Assembly: GCA_012862495.1 (NCBI GenBank)
Contig: BLSG01000241.1
Span: forward strand, 2,252 to 60,580
Direction of reading: 5' to 3'
Length of the DNA: 58,329 nucleotides
Origin: Thraustochytrium aureum
Lineage: Eukaryota
The translations under genes and the position numbers were made by a program. Each line of letters begins with the position of its first letter. Position 1 is the stretch's first letter. Below the pieces are notes generated by a model that made no database searches, was not told the DNA's origin, and worked only from the letters and a program-made list of their open reading frames with translations. Of the stretch, positions 48,045-58,329 are shown one piece after another.

Positions 48045-48758
48045 CCGTGTTTGCAATCCTCTCGAGTGTCTCCACCTCCATACGTTGCCAACATCTCCAG
48101 TAGCCAGTAGAGAAGGCGGGTGAAGTGCCTCAGGCTTGCGAGCGACACGGCGATGCTCTCAATTCGAATTCTCACCCTCATTGCTTACAAGCTACGGCGC
48201 GGGAATGCCCATCGCCGCACGCGTCTTCCGCGTATTGCTTCTGCTTCAGCTCAAGCTCGAGAGAATCGCGACAACTTCGACACGCAAATCGAGCGTCGCT
48301 TTGTCTTTTGCTCGTATCGGAGGACTTGCGCGAGCCGAGCGACTTTACCTCTGTGTGGCCGCACGTTCACGCATTAGTCAGCCTCACTCAGGGCTCAACT
48401 CTTCTCTCTCCGCAAAGCAAGTGCTGCGCGGCCTGAGATAGCCGAACCAAGTTCAAGGCGCCTGCATCACAGTGCCTCTTAGGCGGCGGAGCCGGCTTGC
48501 TGCGTGGAGCCTTCACACGGCAGTCCGCGCCGGGAGAGCCACTGGCGGTGGACCAGGCTCCGCTCCATCAATCGACGGTCTAGGGTCGATTGCATTTATC
48601 GACCACGACGATGCCATCAGACCCCAAATCGAACGACTCGACGCATTTGTGAAGGCAACGAGGCCATCGAGCTTCATCGAGCACGACCCCAGCACGTAGT
48701 CAGACCAAGGCAAGCNCAAACTGCCCCTCCGCGCGCGCGCTCTGTTGCAAGTTGGGAA

Positions 48759-49628
48759 ATGGCTTCCATACCGCAGCAAACGTTTTACCCAAACGAGTAC
48801 GCCGGCGACCGGGAGCAGTTCATGCGCTTCTACTGCCTGTTCGTTGCAGCCCTCGACTTTGCCTACTTTTTGCTCCCGTTCGCCCGTCGCCTTGTCATGG
48901 GCAGCGCAGTGCGGCCACGATACGTGCAATCGACTCTCACCAAATGGGCAATCATCCTGCACGTGATCACGGGGACGTACCTTATCACGTTCGGGAGCGT
49001 TGCGGTCGTGCTGATCTTTGCGGACCGCAACGACATCTACGAGGAGCTGGCCGCCTACGCAAACCCGGCTTTCATTGCAGCCGGGTTCGGGCACGGCCTG
49101 TCGGCGATACTTCTTTTGAAGAAGGTCCAAGGTGAGCGCCGCATCACGGTCCCGACTTACATCGCCGTGATCATGATCAACCTGTACAACTCGGTGCGCA
49201 TGGCCCAGGAGCCGACAAGCTTTGAGCTCCTTTTGTTCCTGTGGCTCTCAACCAACGCGTTCATCTTCGTTCGAGTCGTGGGGCTCTTCTTGTTCCTGAG
49301 CACCTCCATCGAGTGGCACACCATCTACACGATCGCAGTGGCCACGGCGGCGACGATGACCGTCATGACTGCGCCAAAGACATGGATCATGTTTTGCCTT
49401 GTGCTGTTCGTGGCAACTGGTCCGGTCATGGAGCACATCCTGGACGCCAGACTCGGGCTGAGAACTGTCTTCCTGAAGAGCCAAATGTGCGACAAGGAAG
49501 CGAGTTCCGAACGTCAGCACGTCAACAGCCGCACAGCCCGCAACTCGCTCAGCATTGCCATGAATGGGACGCCAACGCTTTCATTGGGCAGTTCTGCCGA
49601 CGAGACGTTCCTTGGCGGAAGTCACTGA
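48759..49628 (+). CDS. Uncharacterised polytopic membrane protein (~289 aa, about 7-8 TM segments)
   Basis: Clean ORF from MASIPQQ with successive hydrophobic helices (FYCLFVAALDFAYFLL, WAIILHVITGTYLITFG, AGFGHGLSAILLL, TYIAVIMINLY, LLLFLWLSTNAFIFVRVV, IYTIAVATAATM, WIMFCLVLFVATG); coding-like codon usage. Confidence 0.75.
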   Translation: MASIPQQTFYPNEYAGDREQFMRFYCLFVAALDFAYFLLPFARRLVMGSAVRPRYVQSTLTKWAIILHVITGTYLITFGSVAVVLIFADRNDIYEELAAYANPAFIAAGFGHGLSAILLLKKVQGERRITVPTYIAVIMINLYNSVRMAQEPTSFELLLFLWLSTNAFIFVRVVGLFLFLSTSIEWHTIYTIAVATAATMTVMTAPKTWIMFCLVLFVATGPVMEHILDARLGLRTVFLKSQMCDKEASSERQHVNSRTARNSLSIAMNGTPTLSLGSSADETFLGGSH

Positions 49629-50087
49629 CTTGGACCTTAGTGAGACGGGGAAGTGCGCTGGGAGCGAGCTTGTCGCGGCTTGAGGCTCGCAAGCTTAGCG
49701 CGTGTGTCCTTGACCCATGAGACCTTTGACGATAACCACCTTGCCTTTAGTACTCAGCACCAGCTAGTAGAGCTAGAGCAAAAAAAGACCATACACAATC
49801 ATCAGAAGAGCAGCTACTCTACCGCCTTGCGCGCATTCCCTGCACCCGTCTGCAAATCCACGCCGTGCGGCCACCACGTAGCCCTGCGTAGGTAGACTAC
49901 TCTTAAAAGCTTGTTCCAACGTAGACTTGCGCCTCAGGCACGCCGAGTTTGCTTCCGAGCCCTTGGCAGAAAACGTCGGGCGACGCGCCCAAGAGCTGCT
50001 GCGCAGATGCGAGCGGGACCGGTCTGTGCAAGCTACGTAGCAGCACACGCATGCGGTGGGCCGGCCGCGGACGCCGCGGCGCGATCC

Positions 50088-50750
50088 CTAACGGAGGCCT
50101 TCAAGATGCAGCGCGAGGGCGGCTACGGGCCCGAGCGAGTCAACGACGTCGCTGTGCACCACTTTGAAACCCGCCTTGACAAACTCAAGCTGCAGCGCGC
50201 TGTCCGCAGTCAGAAAGAGGACACCGCTGAAGCCGCGGCTAGCGTAGCGGGATGCAAGAGCGAGGCGAACGTGCGCCGCCAACGCAGCGACCGCAGTGCT
50301 GTTGTTGAAAGCTGATACGTTGTCGAGCACAGCCCAGCGAGCCCCCATATCCGCTCCCGCGGCCTTGAGCGCGTTGCCTTCAAGCTGCGCCCACGCGTGC
50401 GAAAGCTTGGCGAAGCGCACGTCAGCGAGCAGCGCGTCAACCTGCGGGAGTTTGTCCCTCCGATCATAGTACCCAAAACGAAGCATTTCAAACGCGCTCG
50501 GCGCGCAGGCAGTATCAAACAAATCATAGTACCCCACAGCCTCCGCGAGACCGTCGTCGGGGCCCGCCACGACGTTGCCGGCCTGAAACCGTTCAGCAAC
50601 CCGAAGCCTGCCCCGAATCACTCTCGCGAGCGTTTCCCGCCTCGCCTCTCGCGGCCGGTTCTCGTCCAGCACCACGCGCCACCATGCCGAGTCCACCAGT
50701 GCCTCGGCGATCCTCTCCGCCAGCGCATCCTGGCCACCGCCCTTCTCCAT
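50088..50750 (-). CDS. Divergent GNAT-fold-like protein
   Basis: Kozak-like gccgccATGg at 50750; LAERIAEALVDSAWWR..., then WAVLDNVS and GVLFLTADSALQLEFVKAGFKVV, resembling the GNAT C-terminal L.T...FY.K.GF.V. The canonical acetyl-CoA Q/RxxGxG motif is not visible. Confidence 0.45.
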   Translation of the reverse strand: MEKGGGQDALAERIAEALVDSAWWRVVLDENRPREARRETLARVIRGRLRVAERFQAGNVVAGPDDGLAEAVGYYDLFDTACAPSAFEMLRFGYYDRRDKLPQVDALLADVRFAKLSHAWAQLEGNALKAAGADMGARWAVLDNVSAFNNSTAVAALAAHVRLALASRYASRGFSGVLFLTADSALQLEFVKAGFKVVHSDVVDSLGPVAALALHLEGLR

Positions 50751-50817
50751 GGCGGCATCCGGGACTGCCCACACCGCAACCACTCGCTCGCTCGCCCCTC
50801 CAGATCCCCAGCTCGCC

Positions 50818-50856
50818 ATGAGCAGCAGCAGCAGCAGCGGCGGCGGCGCGGCGCGG

Positions 50857-50889
<33 letters not shown>

Positions 50890-51248
50890 GGCCAGGCGCA
50901 GGAGCCGCTGCGGCGTGCGAGCGGCGCCCGGCCGCGTNNNNNNNNNNNNNNNNNNNNNNNNNNNNNNNNNNNNNNNNNNNNNNNNNNNNNNNNNNNNNNN
51001 NNNNNNNNNNNNNNNNNNNNNNNNNNNNNNNNNNNNNNNNNNNNNNNNNNNNNNNNNNNNNNNNNNNNNNNNNNNNNNNNNNCGGCCGCGTGCAGTACAA
51101 GTGCGGCGATTGTCATGGCGTGTTCTCGCTCGACATGGTCAGCTCGACGATCCCCAAGATAGCATGCAGCAACTGCGGCAGCAGGCTGTTCTACAAGATC
51201 AGGCCCGGCTGGGAGCAGGACGGCGTCAAGACGATCCGGACTGACTGA
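50818..51248 (+). CDS. Rpb12/RPABC4 (RpoP)-like zinc-ribbon RNA polymerase subunit homolog with a low-complexity N-terminus
   Basis: VQYKCGDCHGVFSLDMVSSTIPKIACSNCGSRLFYKIRP matches YxCxxC...IxCxxCGxRxxYKxR. Kozak-like cgccATG at 50818 followed by (CAG/GCA)n. The N-terminal frame is uncertain because of the gap. Confidence 0.7.
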
Positions 51249-51254
51249 CTCGGC

Positions 51255-51525
51255 CGGGTCCGGGCGCTGGCCAGGTCCGGGCGCTGGTCGGGTCTCTCTA
51301 GCTAGCTAGAGAGCTCGGTGCCTGGCTCTACTAGTGAGGTCTAGGCGATGGTCAGGTCCAGGAGCCTGGCGCTGGCCGGGTCCAGGCGCTCTAGAGTCAG
51401 GTCCAGGCGCTCTAGCTAGAGAGTCAGGTCCAGGCGCTCTAGAGTCAGGTCCAGGCGCTCTTGAAGAGTCAGGTCCAGGCGCTGGTCAGGTCCAGGCGCT
51501 GGTCAGGTCCAGGCGCTGGCCGGGC
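51255..51525. repeat. Minisatellite of GGTCCAGGCGCT units with CTAGAGTCA/GGTCA spacers
   Basis: About ten copies of ggtcc(a/g)ggcgct directly after the stop codon at 51248. Confidence 0.85.
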
Positions 51526-51630
51526 CGGCTCGGACGCGGCGCGGCTCGTGCGGTAGGTAGGTAGCAAGTGCCTCGGAGGAACAGAATTGTGATTGGTTTT
51601 GGGTTGAGGCAGTCTGCTGCGGGTGTGGCG

Positions 51631-53863
51631 CTAGGGGCCTGGAAGCACGTCGAAGTTGGCGATGAGCTCCGTGCACCAGTTGGTCTGGCGCATGGACTCT
51701 GTCCGCTGCGCCACGAACGATGCTGCCGAAGGTGGCAATCGTTGAGACGAAAAGAAAAAGCTGTCCGGGAGACGCGGCGCCAGCGCCACGCGCGGGTAGG
51801 TCGTCCTCGTTGACTCGAAGCGCGTGAGCGGCTCAAACAGGCTCATGGACGACCGAGTGAACTGGCCAACGACGTCCGCGTACAGCACCCTGTCCGAAGC
51901 GAAGGCGCGATGGTCGATGTTGAGGCGCTTGCCGTCCGCGCTGGCGAGCGCGAGCATGTCGCCGGCGCCCACCTTGAGCGGGCGCGCGAGGTCGAGCTCA
52001 ACGTGCATGTTTTGCGCGGATCGCGGGACTTTGACAGGGCCGTCCGTCTGGTCCACGACGCGAAACTCCACGTTCGCATCTTGTTCGAGGTCCTGCACTG
52101 CGCGAACCACGAGGACATGGACGGTGGTCTCAAAGGACGAAAACTTGCTTGGGAGCCAGCGCACGCGCTGCACCGTGCCGGAGACGGGGCTCGGCAGGCG
52201 CGTGAAAACCACGACCGACTGCGGGAGCGTGCAGTCGGTGAACTGCGTGAGCGGCCGCCTGCCGGCGCCAGCGATGTCGCCGCGCTGGCTCCGCAAGATC
52301 CTGTCGTACAGGTTCGGGGAGGCGCTGCCTATCTGCATGGTCGACTCGCCCACGGTAACCGCGCCAGGCAAGGGCCGCGACTGGCGCACGTCGCGCTGCT
52401 GCACGCGAGCTCGGAGCCGCTCGATTTGCTTTCTGTTAAACTTGGTAGCCTGGTGCTGCTCGGCGCCAAGCAGGCCAGAGCACCCTGCGCCGCGTCTGCC
52501 AACCAACTGGGCGGGCTGCATGAGGAAGCCTTCCGAGTAGGTTGTGAACAGCGTGCACTGATTGCGCGGGTGGGCCAGGCCAATGAGTGCCCTAGCTCGT
52601 GCGCCCACATGCGCGCCACGACCTCCGGGTTGTTCAGGAGTTGCTCTGCTTCGCCAGCGGACACGTGGGGCGTCTCCAAGCGCTTGAACAGCTGAACTCG
52701 AATCCTTTGCAGGTGGCAACGCCATTCGTGCTTTTGATATGCTTCACGGCGTGGGCGTCTGGGTTGCAGGACCCCGTCGCGGCGATAATGCGGCCGGCGC
52801 TGGCTTGCGCGCCAAACTCGCGCGAAAAGTACACGGGGAAGACCGTGGTCGTGTGCAGCACATCCCACGGCGGGAGCATGTTTGGGTAGCCGAGCACCCA
52901 GTCGATGACAGTGTTGGAGACCCAGCGCTTGTTGTCACTTGGCCCGGGGATGGTGAGGCCGTTCTTGGGGCCGCGGAGAAGTAGCTCGAGGCTAGGCGCG
53001 GGGAATTCCAAGCGCATCTGTTCCCGAAACCACTCGACAAAGCCGTTCCGGCTCGGGTTTGTGCTGATCTTGGAGGCTTCCGGCTTTTGGCTGTCGACCT
53101 GCTCGGCAAGGTCCGGGCCCTCCACGTAGCCCATGTAGGCCAGAGCCTTTTTGCGCGACAGCTTGAACCGCTCGCGCAGGTCGCGCTGGTTGACGCGCAC
53201 ATACACGTTGGCCGCAGCATAAATGTCCACGACGCGCCGAACGATGTCTTCGAGCTGCTCGTACGAGAGCATGTCGTCGATCAAGCCAAAGTCGTCCGTG
53301 AGGCGCAGAACGCTCACGTCCATCACCAGGCGCTCCGCTTTGGCAAACTCGGGAAGCACCTTGCTCACGTCGAAGCGCACGAACTCCTCCCCGGGGTCCT
53401 CTACTGCGGGCAGAGCGTAAGGAAACCCGCGCCGCCGACCGGACCCGGTCCTTGACCAGTTCTCCTCATCGCTGTCGTACCGCGTCTGCCAGTGCCAGCC
53501 GCGCCCCCCGCCGTCCATGCTGCCAAAGTCGGCTACCTCGACATTGGGCGCTCCTTCCATCTCGTCCTCAGAGAGCTCATCCGGCCGCGCCGCGCCCTCG
53601 TCGCCGCGCTCGGCATCGTTCCCCGCCTCGCGCTCGAAGGCTTCGGCCTCATCCGCGCGCAGAGCAAACCCGTCGCCCGCGCGGCCGGTCGTGCTCGCCG
53701 TCAGCCGCACGGTGTTAGATGTCCGGATCGCCGCGTTTGGTAACCGAGCCACGTCAAGCAGCCCGAACACCACATACGTGAACAGCAGCCCGAACACGAC
53801 CACCCAGTGCGTGGGCAGCTTTTGCGAGGCGGCCATCCCGCGCGCCTCGGCCTTACTCCCCAT
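51631..53863 (-). CDS. Type II membrane metzincin-like zinc metalloprotease; frameshifts near 52680 and 52582
   Basis: N-terminal anchor WVVVFGLLFTYVVFGLL; VRRVVDIYAAANVYV; VVARMWAHELGHS(L)GLAH at ~52570-52601 after correcting one indel, followed by Met-turn-like GFLMQP. Confidence 0.7.
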
Positions 53864-55820
53864 CCCTCGCTCGGCCCGCGTCAACCAGCAGCTCGGCCGC
53901 CGCCCTCCCCCCCTGCCGCGCCTGCCCGAGCGGCCCCGCAGCGTTCCGGCCGGCCCTGGCCGTGCCAACGGCGGCTTTTCAACGGACGCTCCTGCAGGCC
54001 GAACTGATCTGATCGTCCACGACCAGCCCAAATCCCCCCGTGCGCGCGGGTGAGCAGCTCCTCGGCCGAACCCTTGCGCGCTCGCTCCCTCGCTCCCTCG
54101 CTCGGATGACCGCTCGCTGGGTCTCACGAACACCGCGGAGGCGCAGGCCCCTGCGCGCCGCTCCTAGGGCGAGCCTCAAAGCGGCTCTGCTCTGGCCTCG
54201 CTCGTGTACTGCTCGTACTTTAGCTGTCCCCATCGCCATCGAACAACGAACGAGCGGCCTCGATCAAGAAGTACGGTCAAGCTCCAAGCTCCTGNNNNNN
54301 NNNNNNNNNNNNNNNNNNNNNNNNNNNNNNNNNNNNNNNNNNNNNNNNNNNNNNNNNNNNNNNNNNNNNNNNNNNNNNNNNNNNNNNNNNNNNNNNNNNN
54401 NNNNNNNNNNNNNNNNNNNNNNNNNNNNNNNNNNNNNNNNNNNNNNNNNNNNNNNNNNNNNNNNNNNNNNNNNNNNNNNNNNNNNNNNNNNNNNNNNNNN
54501 NNNNNNNNNNNNNNNNNNNNNNNNNNNNNNNNNNNNNNNNNNNNNNNNNNNNNNNNNNNNNNNNNNNNNNNNNNNNNNNNNNNNNNNNNNNNNNNNNNNN
54601 NNNNNNNNNNNNNNNNNNNNNNNNNNNNNNNNNNNNNNNNNNNNNNNNNNNNNNNNNNNNNNNNNNNNNNNNNNNNNNNNNNNNNNNNNNNNNNNNNNNN
54701 NNNNNNNNNNNNNNNNNNNNNNNNNNNNNNNNNNNNNNNNNNNNNNNNNNNNNNNNNNNNNNNNNNNNNNNNNNNNNNNNNNNNNNNNNNNNNNNNNNNN
54801 NNNNNNNNNNNNNNNNNNNNNNNNNNNNNNNNNNNNNNNNNNNNNNNNNNNNNNNNNNNNNNNNNNNNNNNNNNNNNNNNNNNNNNNNNNNNNNNNNNNN
54901 NNNNNNNNNNNNNNNNNNNNNNNNNNNNNNNNNNNNNNNNNNNNNNNNNNNNNTCGTTTCGCTCTCGTCTGAGGAAAGGCAAGGAGCAAAAGGTGTGAAG
55001 TGGCCAGCTTGGCACGGCGCGTGGCCTGCTGATCGGCGGCAAGGATGCCTGGAGAGGAGATGGCGCCGGACTGCCAGGCTACGACGGGGCAGCCTGGGCG
55101 GGAAGATGGGAGCGCGGAGCGCGAGGAGGGATCGCAGAGGACGCACGAGGTGTTTGGAGACGTCAACCTCGGCGCAGTGATGCTGTTTCTCCTGCTGTTG
55201 CATATGCTCAACTACGCGATGCGGGACCCCTGCACTTGCTGAAAGGCGCGCTGACGATGTATATAGGGCGGGTGCGCTAACGGTGCGGGGTCTGCGGACC
55301 GCGCAGTCCCGAGCCCACACCCTTCGTCGGCTTGGCTGATCGGCGCCCCCTCGGCGAGATTGCCGTGGTGTGGCGAGTGCGCGGACGCCCTCTGCCGATC
55401 TGCTGCAGGACACCGACGGCTGGCGCTGCTAACAATAAGGTACGAATAACATAATGTCCGTAGCTCTCTGGCGAGGGCCGACGCCGGCAGCGCGAAAGTG
55501 CCTGCCCGGTGGAGCCGCACCTTGGCAGCTTCCCAACAGCGCGGCGGGCCCGCCGCTCGACGCAAGTTCGCAAGCACCGCGCCATCCAGCAACTAGCCAG
55601 AGCGGGAGGCAAGAAAGAGCGAGTCGCCAGCGCAGGACAGTCCGCCAACGCTCGCTCGCTATCCGTGGCCGCGTGCAAGGAGAAAGCGAGCGCAATCAAG
55701 TCACGCTGGTTGAAGAAGCCAATACTGCACAAGCCAATTCTTCAGCCAGAGACGCCGTCCGAGCTCCAGCCCGCGCCAGCCTCAGCATCCATCCGCCCCC
55801 AAGCCGGCCGCGGCCTTCCC

Positions 55821-58326
55821 CTAGGACGACTTTTGACGAAACCACAGGATCTCCTCCTCGTCGATCGCGCGCTCGTCCTCAATCGTCTTGACAAATACCT
55901 TCGAGTTGCGCGAATAGTCGTACGTCTTGAGCTTGTCGGGCGGGAGGTGCTCCGGACCGACCTCCACGAACCCGCGGTCGATAAACCAGCCCTGCGTCCG
56001 CGTCGTGAGCACAAACAGGGTGCGGATGCCCTCCGAGTACGCTCGGCGCAGGCAGTACGAGAGCAGCGCATTCCCGATCCCCTCGCCGTGCAGCGCCGCC
56101 GAGACGGCCACGCACGACATCTCCNNNNNNNNNNNNNNNNNNNNNNNNNNNNNNNNNNNNNNNNNNNNNNNNNNNNNNNNNNNNNNNNNNNNNNNNNNNN
56201 NNNNNNNNNNNNNNNNNNNNNNNNNNNNNNNNNNNNNNNNNNNNNNNNNNNNNNNNNNNNNNNNNNNNNNNNNNNNNNNNNNNNNNNNNNNNNNNNNNNN
56301 NNNNNNNNNNNNNNNNNNNNNNNNNNNNNNNNNNNNNNNNNNNNNNNNNNNNNNNNNNNNNNNNNNNNNNNNNNNNNNNNNNNNNNNNNNNNNNNNNNNN
56401 NNNNNNNNNNNNNNNNNNNNNNNNNNNNNNNNNNNNNNNNNNNNNNNNNNNNNNNNNNNNNNNNNNNNNNNNNNNNNNNNNNNNNNNNNNNNNNNNNNNN
56501 NNNNNNNNNNNNNNNNNNNNNNNNNNNNNNNNNNNNNNNNNNNNNNNNNNNNNNNNNNNNNNNNNNNNNNNNNNNNNNNNNNNNNNNNNNNNNNNNNNNN
56601 NNNNNNNNNNNNNNNNNNNNNNNNNNNNNNNNNNNNNNNNNNNNNNNNNNNNNNNNNNNNNNNNNNNNNNNNNNNNNNNNNNNNNNNNNNNNNNNNNNNN
56701 NNNNNNNNNNNNNNNNNNNNNNNNNNNNNNNNNNNNNNNNNNNNNNNNNNNNNNNNNNNNNNNNNNNNNNNNNNNNNNNNNNNNNNNNNNNNNNNNNNNN
56801 NNNNNNNNNNNNNNNNNNNNNNNNNNNNNNNNNNNNNNNNNNNNNNNNNNNNNNNNNNNNNNNNNNNNNNNNNNNNNNNNNNNNNNNNNNNNNNNNNNNN
56901 NNNNNNNNNNNNNNNNNNNNTCACGCGCGTCTGCCCGCCCTGGCCCAACTCGTCTGCGAGGCGCTCCGCGAACCGGCGCGCCACGTTGAGCGGAAGGTTG
57001 TGCACGATCGCTCCGCCGCGCTTGCGCTTGTCGACAAGGCCCTCGCCGTTGTGCAGAAACACGAGTTTGTTGGCCTTGAGGTCGATCCCGGCCTGGACGG
57101 CGACGTCCTCGCTGCGGCAGTGGTAGATCTGCCCGCTTCCAGACACGCCGAGGTGGCTGAGCACTACGACGTCCCCTTGGTCCAGCAGCTGCTGGATGCG
57201 CCGCGCGTTCACCTTCTTCACCGTGCCGGTGTGCAAAAAGTCAATCCCGCCGCGCACACCGAATGCGATGGCGCGCACAAAGTTACCCGAGGTCACCTGG
57301 ACGGAGCCGACGCCTGTGGGCGAGTTCATCAGGCCCCGCGTTAGCAGGCTCTCGATGTAGAGACGGACGTGGCCGGCGACGCTCTGGCAGTGGTACAGCG
57401 TCTCCGAGTCGCACACGCGATTGCCTTGCACGAAGAGGCTCTTCTTGCCTACCTGCTCTAGCTTGCGCCGAATCTGCGGCCGGCATCCCGCAACAAGGAC
57501 GGGCTTGATCCCCAGCGTCTTGAGCAGCACGATGTCGTGCATCACCTGGTTCGGCGTCGTCCGACTCGAGCACCTCGCCAGGGACGTGGATCACCACCGT
57601 TGAGCCAAAGTGCACAGCGATGTACGGCGCCATGGCGCGGAACACGCGGTACCCGATCAGGCGGTCGGTCCTGGCGCGGTCGCTCTCCACCGTTGAGGGG
57701 ACCACCTCGAGGCTGTCTGTCTGGAAAAGCTCGGCGCGTTTGTCGTACATGGCGAGCTGCAGCTTGGCTGCCTCGATCGCATCGCTGTCTTCCTCAGCGC
57801 CTTCCTCATCCTCTTCGAACCTGTCACCAGACGAGGCGGCTTCTCCGGCCTGCATTTGCTGCTGCTTCATCAGCGCTTCGGCGGCGGCGCTCAGTGGCGA
57901 GGCGGCAAAGTCCTCGTCCTCGTCGTCCAGGCCGTTCACCGCGCCTGCTGTGCGGTTTTGCCTGTCAAAGAACGAGCTGTGGAGCCGCGACGACTTTTTG
58001 GGGCTGTTGGGGCCTGCGCCGGGCGCAGAATCGCGCAGGTGCTGTTGCTGCTCTGCTGAGAGGGGCGGCTGGTACTGAGCCGTTTGCTCTTGTTTGCGCT
58101 TGAGCACATTCTGCTGGTGCTGCTCTGCGAGGGACTTCTTCTTCGCAGCTGCCTTGGTGCGCAGTCCGCTACTCGTCCCAGGCCCTGCTGGCCCGTCGCT
58201 GCCTGCCTGAGAGGCGAGCCCGGCAACCTTGAACTTGGTGCGCACCAGCACCCCCTTCCCCTTCACCCCGCCGAGCCGCGTCGCAAGCCCGATCCCAGAC
58301 CTCGCCCCGCCGTAGAGCATCGCCAT
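55821..58326 (-). CDS. argA: N-acetylglutamate synthase (AAK + GNAT, ArgA type) with a long N-terminal targeting-like extension; gap 56125-56920 and frameshift near 57550
   Basis: FRAMAPYIAVHFGSTVVIHVPGEV, HDIVLLKTLGIKPVLVAGCRPQI, SGNFVRA..GVRGGIDFLHTGTVKKV, LGVSGSGQIYHC, EMSCVAV..GEGIG, LFVLTTRTQGWFIDRGF and YDYSRNSKVFVK. Confidence 0.93.
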
Positions 58327-58329
58327 CCC

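Noticed and set aside
55045..55242. 65-aa ORF with one TM ending PCTC-TGA (selenoprotein or small membrane protein)
   Set aside because: No recognisable SECIS element or family motif, and it lies next to a large gap; insufficient evidence.
1..58329. Programmed frameshifting or widespread pseudogenisation to explain split ORFs
   Set aside because: Frame breaks also hit conserved genes (ArgA, HECT ligase) whose motifs are otherwise intact and show no shared slippery motif that I could see; sequencing error in a draft assembly is more parsimonious.

Overview
Gene-dense, GC-rich, intron-poor eukaryotic DNA from a gapped draft assembly, with many N runs and apparent single-base frameshifts inside otherwise intact genes. 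Composition and gene families suggest a stramenopile, probably a labyrinthulomycete/thraustochytrid; this is an inference. In order the window holds: a bacterial-like, membrane-anchored reprolysin-type zinc metalloprotease; an MMPL/RND transporter head-to-head with a DAG/sphingosine-kinase-family gene; a KIX-like domain protein; two divergent SPFH paralogs; a secreted triple-vWA protein; three tandem cAMP-receptor-like 7TM genes; a ~16.5 kb HERC-like E3 ligase (RCC1-LamG-UBA-ZZ-like-FN3-SPRY-HECT); an intron-containing tRNA-Pro(TGG); a palindromic-core repeat array; a membrane-anchored SET methyltransferase; an unexplained ~330-nt highly structured candidate ncRNA; a polytopic membrane protein; a GNAT-like gene sharing a 67-bp divergent spacer with an atypical Rpb12/RpoP-like gene; a type II membrane metzincin; and an ArgA-type N-acetylglutamate synthase. 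The structured ncRNA candidate (47704-48044) and the repeat array (45467-46075) are the least explained elements. All family calls come from motif recognition by eye; no searches were run.
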